A DNA stretch of 64,000 nt, from positions 118,122 to 182,121 of the forward strand of contig CAWCJD010000014.1 in the NCBI GenBank assembly GCA_963795815.1, in the 5' to 3' direction. The position numbers and the translations under genes are program-made. Positions 59,474 to 64,000 of this stretch are shown here, in pieces. The notes below the pieces were generated by a model. It had not been told where the DNA came from and ran no database searches. It was given only the letters and a program-made list of their open reading frames with translations. Every line of letters starts with the position of its first letter. Position 1 is the first letter of the stretch. The DNA is from an uncultured Armatimonadetes bacterium. GTDB lineage: Bacteria > Armatimonadota > Armatimonadia > Armatimonadales > Capsulimonadaceae.

Positions 59474-60550
59474 ATGTTACAGCACGACCCCACCACTTCT
59501 CCCCCCACCCCTGATGCCGCGCACACGCGCGTCAAAGTCGATATCCTTGCCAAGGCCGTGGCCGCTATTGAAGCGCGTCGCCAGGAACAGGCACGACTGC
59601 TGGAAGGCACGGCGATGGTAGGTGATGTCGTCAAAGACTTGCAGCTTGATATCAGCCCCGAAGAACTGCTCGCGGAAGCCGAAGCGCAGCAGAAAGCCGC
59701 TCTCTCATTCCTGGAACAATCCCAGCACTGGAAGAGAGCTACGCACACTCGCAGTCACAAAGCCGCTCCGAGCGAGAGCGCAAAGCATTCTGGTCAATGG
59801 TCAGAATAAGCATGGCTGCGGTAGCTACTATTATCTTCGTCTTTTGGTGTCTTTCTTTTCGATCTACTTCTGCTCCCAATTTGTATCAGCCGACTTATAC
59901 GCCGAGTATGCCGTTTTACCGGCTCCTGTTCAATACATCGTCACCGCCGCCCCGATTCTCTTTTAACAATATGCCTTTAGGAATAATGCCTGCACGGATG
60001 GCGTTTGATCGGGGCGGCCCGGTTCATCCTCTTCTCGATATTGCCGATGGCCATCCCTTTGGGGCTTCTGTATACACGCTGCAAAGTTTACTGCGGCATG
60101 AGCCTCTCAGAGACGTCATGCTTTACGACGCCGAGCGCGATAAGACCGATGATCAAAGAAACCCGGATCAAGAAGTTGGCCAATTCCCACGTCAAATCAC
60201 CTCTGTGGGGACTTATGCACGTACTGATTGGACGCTTATCAAGTATGACGGCAAAGTTTACCTGCGCGGCTGGGTAGATGCGTCTGCTGCTAAACAAGCA
60301 GCGTCGATTGACATGATTTCGGTGTTCAACGTGCAGTCTGCTCTGCCGGATGGCACACGCCTTACCCCCATTACACTGCCGCTCGCTCCTGTCACGGGGA
60401 AGGGGTTTACTGGCGAAACAAGAAACACTGTCTTTAACGGCTCTCCTTCACGCGCTTCCGGCACCCGCCAAATCCCGCGGGACGTGCAGCAAGTTGCTTG
60501 TGCGAGGCCTGACGCTGGATGGTCATGCGTGGGAAAAGTGGATGCCATAA
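59474..60550 (+). pseudogene. paralog B of the same family, two compensating frameshifts as assembled
   Basis: N-terminal domain in the ORF 59378 frame (…LAKAVAAIEARR…LQLDISPEELLAEAEAQQK). The TM and WTLIKYDGKVYLRGW are in the ORF 59797 frame. The terminal …VRGLTLDGHAWEKWMP* is back in the first frame (ORF 60350). Shifts lie near 59803 and 60490. Confidence 0.6.
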
Positions 60551-60613
60551 CATATTTTCTTCTTTGTGACCTTGGCTTTCATGACCGTTATGCACACAGA
60601 ATAGCTGGACTTT

Positions 60614-61393
60614 ATGCTTAAATCTCACACACTCCCCAGTGCGCAAAACACGGTGGCAGACAGTTGCCCGCCCACGACGCAGGAGATTGCCCAGGCCATT
60701 GCGTCTTTGGAAGCCCGCAAAAACTCGTGCGACAGCAGCGCTGTGCAGGCCAGTACCGTCACCGAGATTATCGATAACCTTGGCCTAGATATGACAGCGG
60801 AAGATGTGTTGACCGAAGTGCGGGCACAGCGCACACGGCAGTCACCCTTGCGTTCGCTGCCGCCTGCGGCGCGCCAGCAACTAGCGGTCGTACTCGCTGT
60901 CGGAGCTATTGCCTTTTTCGGCATGGTCTGCATTAATGACAGGATGCTGCAGAATAATACTTCTACGTTGCCCAACGATCCGGCTTTGTCACCCAGCACG
61001 CTGGTGCAGGACACTGCCAACCACGCCGTCTTGATGAAGACGCTTGCCGAAATCCCCGACAATCACCCAGTACAATGTGGTATCACCGACAACGGAACCA
61101 CGACCCTGTCCGGTCCGCTGTGGACGCTCGTCAAGCATGGCGGCAAAGTTTACCTGCGCTGCTGGACGGTTCCGATGTCCGCGCGTGCCCTGAGTCAGGT
61201 CAGCCGGAACACGGGGCTGCTTTTGTTTCAAGGCCGCACAGGCAGGGATGGGAGCATCCGAGCGACCGCGCCACTCACTCTAGCTGCCGACAGCATCACC
61301 CTGCCGACAGGGAACACCCCTGATTCGGCTTCGTCCCTGGATGCTTTTGACGTGCGCCTGGACAGCCATGCCCATGAAACGTGGACACCATGA
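60614..61393 (+). CDS. paralog C of the same family
   Basis: 259 aa: …TTQEIAQAIASLEARK…LGLDMTAEDVLTEVRAQR…, a TM (LAVVLAVGAIAFFGMVCI), WTLVKHGGKVYLRCW, and a terminal …VRLDSHAHETWTP. Confidence 0.7.
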   Translation: MLKSHTLPSAQNTVADSCPPTTQEIAQAIASLEARKNSCDSSAVQASTVTEIIDNLGLDMTAEDVLTEVRAQRTRQSPLRSLPPAARQQLAVVLAVGAIAFFGMVCINDRMLQNNTSTLPNDPALSPSTLVQDTANHAVLMKTLAEIPDNHPVQCGITDNGTTTLSGPLWTLVKHGGKVYLRCWTVPMSARALSQVSRNTGLLLFQGRTGRDGSIRATAPLTLAADSITLPTGNTPDSASSLDAFDVRLDSHAHETWTP

Positions 61394-62625
61394 CCAAAGT
61401 CTTAGTGATCGGTGGCGGGGCGGCAGGCATGCTCGCCGCGCGGCGAGCGGCGGAGTGCGGCGCGCAGGTCACCCTGCTGGAGAAAAATGACCGCCTGGGC
61501 ATGAAAATCTTGATCTCCGGCGGCGGCAAATGCAACCTCACCCACGCGGGCACCATGGAAAGCATCCGTGCGCAGTTCCGTCCCCATGAAGGACGCTTCC
61601 TCAAGCCCGCTTTTTATCGCTTTACCAACAACGATTTCTTAAAAATCCTCCACGATCGAGGCATGCAGACTTATACGCGCCCCGACGGGCGCATCTTCCC
61701 CGTGGAACCCGCCAATGCCAAAGACGTGGTCGCCCTGCTCACGCAGCATGTCCTGGATGCGGGCGTCACCGTGCGTTACCAGGCCGCTGTCACCGGCCTG
61801 CACGTGCAAAACAACAGTCTGCGCGGTGTCCAAATAGGCGATGAATTCCTTGCCGCCGACCGCGTTGTTGTCTGCACCGGCGGGTCATCCTACCCCGCGA
61901 CGGGCACGACCGGCGATGGCTGGAAGTGGCTCCCCGAGGCCGGGCATTCCCTGATCCCACTCCGCGCCGCCCTCGCCCCTTTGTATCTGCACGAAGCACA
62001 AACCGAGTGGTCGGGTGTGGCCCTGCGCGGCGCGACCCTGCGGGCCCGGGCCGCACGCGAAGGCAAAGAATACGCCCGCTGGACCGGCGACCTGCTGTTC
62101 ACCCACAAAGGCGTGTCCGGCCCCACCGCGCTGGGCGTGTCCCGCGACATCGCCGAACGCGACCATGTGGGCGCAATCGAAGCCGACCTGGTCCCGGACA
62201 CGTCGTTTGAAGACCTGCGCGCCCGCCTGCAGGCCGAGACCCGCGCCCAGCCCCGCAAGACAGCCGCCGCACTGGTCGCGCCGTTCCTGCCCGCCCGCCT
62301 GGTGGAGCCCTTGCTTGCCGCCGCCAGTGTCGAGCCGTCAACACGCGGCGCTTACCTCCCTGCCAAAGCCATCAATAAGCTCGCCTCCACGCTCAAGGGC
62401 TGGCCACTCGGCGCGGTCCGCCATGTCCCCCTGGAGCGCGGCGAAGTGGTCGCAGGCGGTGTCCCCCTGTCCGAAGCAGACCCCCAGACCATGCAGTCCC
62501 TGGTGACACCGGGCCTCTACCTCTGCGGCGAGGTTCTGGACATTGCCGGCCCCGTAGGCGGCTACAACCTGCAGGCTGCCTGGAGCACCGGCTGGGTCGC
62601 CGGTGAATCCGCTGCCCGCCCCTGA
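61390..62625 (+). CDS. HI0933/BaiN-family NAD(P)/FAD-dependent oxidoreductase
   Basis: KVLVIGGGAAGMLAARRAAECG…EKN.RLG.KILISGGGKCNLTH. The ATG at 61390 overlaps the paralog C stop (ATGA); a GTG at 61381 is the alternative. Confidence 0.85.
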   Translation: MTKVLVIGGGAAGMLAARRAAECGAQVTLLEKNDRLGMKILISGGGKCNLTHAGTMESIRAQFRPHEGRFLKPAFYRFTNNDFLKILHDRGMQTYTRPDGRIFPVEPANAKDVVALLTQHVLDAGVTVRYQAAVTGLHVQNNSLRGVQIGDEFLAADRVVVCTGGSSYPATGTTGDGWKWLPEAGHSLIPLRAALAPLYLHEAQTEWSGVALRGATLRARAAREGKEYARWTGDLLFTHKGVSGPTALGVSRDIAERDHVGAIEADLVPDTSFEDLRARLQAETRAQPRKTAAALVAPFLPARLVEPLLAAASVEPSTRGAYLPAKAINKLASTLKGWPLGAVRHVPLERGEVVAGGVPLSEADPQTMQSLVTPGLYLCGEVLDIAGPVGGYNLQAAWSTGWVAGESAARP

Positions 62626-62685
62626 GAACGCCCCTGTCTTTCCTGTCCTGACCGTGATGTAAAGGCGTGGCAAGCATGTTGCTAA

Positions 62686-62728
62686 GGCATACCGACGACG
62701 GACCGATTTCGTCCGTCGTCGGTATGCC
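62686..62728. repeat. REP-like palindromic element, copy 5 of 5
   Basis: GGCATACCGACGACGGAC-cgattt-CGTCCGTCGTCGGTATGCC, 60 nt after the stop at 62623-62625. Confidence 0.8.
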
Positions 62729-62772
62729 GATGGCACGCTCTAGCAATGCCGAAACGCCCCGCATAGCCCTGC

Positions 62773-62802
62773 TTGACAGCCAGCCCTGTTTGGGGCTACA
62801 AT
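62773..62802 (+). promoter_or_regulatory. sigma70-type promoter upstream of the riboswitch-like leader
   Basis: TTGACA (62773-62778), an 18-nt spacer, then TACAAT (62797-62802). Confidence 0.55.
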
Positions 62803-62828
62803 GGGTCCTCTAATCAATCTCGTGACTG

Positions 62829-62959
62829 CCATCGGTGCGACGCGATCAACGCGCGCATAATTGGGGAAGTCCGGTGCGTCTCTTTTTGGAGAGGCAATTC
62901 CGGCGCTGTGCCGCAACTGTGATGAGGCTTCGCCTCTCAGCCAGAATGCCACCCGATGG
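62829..62959 (+). promoter_or_regulatory. cobalamin riboswitch-like aptamer (short, class II / AdoCbl-variant-like)
   Basis: The closing helix pairs CCATCGGTG with CCACCCGATGG. Conserved cores appear in the expected order: AATTGGGGAAGTCCGGTG, AATTCCGGCGCTGTGCCGCAACTGTGA, a GAGGC-ttc-GCCTC hairpin, then the B12-box-like AGCCAGAATGCCACC. It lacks the GCCACTG/GGGAAGGC peripheral domain. Identified by eye against the remembered consensus, not by a covariance-model search. Confidence 0.6.
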
Positions 62960-63028
62960 TTCAGATAATGCCCTGGGCATTGTCTCTCTGACCGGCCTGC
63001 GCGCGACAGGCGGAAAGGAACCTTTGTT

Positions 63029-63835
63029 TTGCCCTGCTTGCTTTGGCATGCCCCACCCTCGGCGGTGCATCGCCGCCTTCCCCCTTCTGCCCGCGTGTGC
63101 GGGTGCCTTCGTCCTCGGTCCGGGTTTACCCTGATTGAGATGCTGGTCGTCATCGCGATTATTTCGCTGCTGGCGGCGATTTTGTTCCCTGTCTTTGCCC
63201 GGGCGCGTGAAAAGGGGCGTCAGACCGCCTGTGCGTCCAACCTCAAGCAATTGGGGCTGGCGTGGCTAATGTATGCCCAGGATTACGACGAGACCGCGTG
63301 CCCATCGTACTTCAATGGCGGCAATACAGCGTGGGATTTCCAACGTATCGGCGGGGTTTATCTGCCCGGTCTGCTGGGGGCATACACCCATGACGGGCGT
63401 GTTGCAGGCTGCCCGGACTGGGTCAATCGCTCCGCGACTGTGCGTCCTTACAACGGCTATGCGTACAATGCCACCTATCTGGGCGGCGACATGGGGACGC
63501 CACTGGGGTCTTTCCCGCCCGCTCCACTGGCACGGATATCAGCACCTGCCAATACTGCGGCCTTTGCCGATGGCGGCTATGCCAACCTCGCAACCGGCGC
63601 GGCCATGCCGGAAAACTTCCTGCGCGCGCCTTCCGACACTGTCTATTACGGGGCAGGCTTGATAGATTTTCGGCACACCAGCATGGCGGAAGTGGCTTAT
63701 GCCGACGGACATGTCCATGCTGTCCCGCAACGGTTTCCATTCCACCTGCAGTTCCCGCAGTTTGGGGGATTGTCTCAAGACGATTCGGCTTATGGGCCAG
63801 GCATGCAGCCCGCATCCGCTTATCCACAGCCGTGA
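63029..63835 (+). CDS. prepilin-type N-terminal cleavage/methylation domain protein with H-X9-DG (DUF1559) domain
   Basis: [48 protein letters not shown] is the classic type IV pilin-like N-terminus. The H-X9-DG motif is [14 protein letters not shown]. The TTG at 63029 lies 8 nt after GGAAAGGAA; the GTG at 63095 is an alternative start giving a shorter leader. Confidence 0.85.
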   Translation: MPCLLWHAPPSAVHRRLPPSARVCGCLRPRSGFTLIEMLVVIAIISLLAAILFPVFARAREKGRQTACASNLKQLGLAWLMYAQDYDETACPSYFNGGNTAWDFQRIGGVYLPGLLGAYTHDGRVAGCPDWVNRSATVRPYNGYAYNATYLGGDMGTPLGSFPPAPLARISAPANTAAFADGGYANLATGAAMPENFLRAPSDTVYYGAGLIDFRHTSMAEVAYADGHVHAVPQRFPFHLQFPQFGGLSQDDSAYGPGMQPASAYPQP

Positions 63836-63859
63836 AACACACAGAAAGAAAATAAATCT

Positions 63860-64000
63860 ATGATACGCAACAAAGGCTTGACCGTTTCACTGCTTACGCT
63901 TCTTGCTCTGCCCTTGTCGGCACAGGCGCAGAACTTTGCTTCCTCAGTCACAACTTATTCGGCACCGGGCGCAAGCGCGCCGTTTAACAGCCCGCAGGCT
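63860..64000 (+). CDS. secreted hypothetical protein, N-terminal 47 codons only (runs off the right edge)
   Basis: ATG at 63860 with a signal peptide (MIRNKGLTVSLLTLLALPLSAQA|Q). It begins 24 nt after the DUF1559 gene and is probably co-transcribed. Confidence 0.5.
   Translation, partial: MIRNKGLTVSLLTLLALPLSAQAQNFASSVTTYSAPGASAPFNSPQA

Overview
GC-rich (roughly 60% or more by eye) chromosomal segment of a flagellated diderm bacterium. It carries no rRNA, tRNA, CRISPR array, transposase or integrase, and gene content is mostly housekeeping. Recognised genes, in order: pyrK-pyrD; a secreted beta-propeller/phosphoesterase fusion; a polysaccharide co-polymerase/BY-kinase; a NUDIX hydrolase; ndh; a minus-strand flagellar block (flgF-flgG-flgA-flgH-flgI, rod-binding protein, flgN-flgK-flgL-fliW-csrA); tgt; a TPR protein; dacB; HAD and IMPase family enzymes; a MazEF-type TA pair; DinB and HEAT proteins; a GH116 glycosidase; prs; glmU; ligA; Uma2; VanW; msrB; a PP2C phosphatase; gdh; ispH; an SDR; an ANTAR response regulator with a GAF histidine kinase; lysA; a rhomboid protease; trpS; a CNNM/CorC protein. 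The prepilin-type H-X9-DG (DUF1559) gene at the right edge and the general gene mix loosely suggest an Armatimonadota- or PVC-like lineage (low confidence). Main observations: (1) a short cobalamin-riboswitch-like leader with its own promoter sits directly upstream of the DUF1559 pseudopilin-like gene and a secreted protein. (2) Three tandem paralogous membrane-anchored proteins of no family I recognise appear co-transcribed with, and translationally coupled to, an HI0933-type flavoprotein. (3) A monocistronic secreted protein is made almost entirely of Met and Lys. (4) There are at least two intergenic palindromic repeat families: a REP-like element in 5 copies, and large CCCCTAAAGGGGAG-core palindromes including one of 331 bp. 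There is also a 22-bp tandem repeat upstream of ligA. (5) There is a very high density of single-nucleotide frameshifts (more than 30). They hit essential genes (ligA, ispH, prs), and several sit in homopolymers, so I read most of them as assembly or consensus errors rather than true pseudogenes. Genes whose frame is interrupted in the sequence as given are typed 'pseudogene' for that reason only. All homology calls rest on motifs recognised by eye in the supplied translations; no searches were run.
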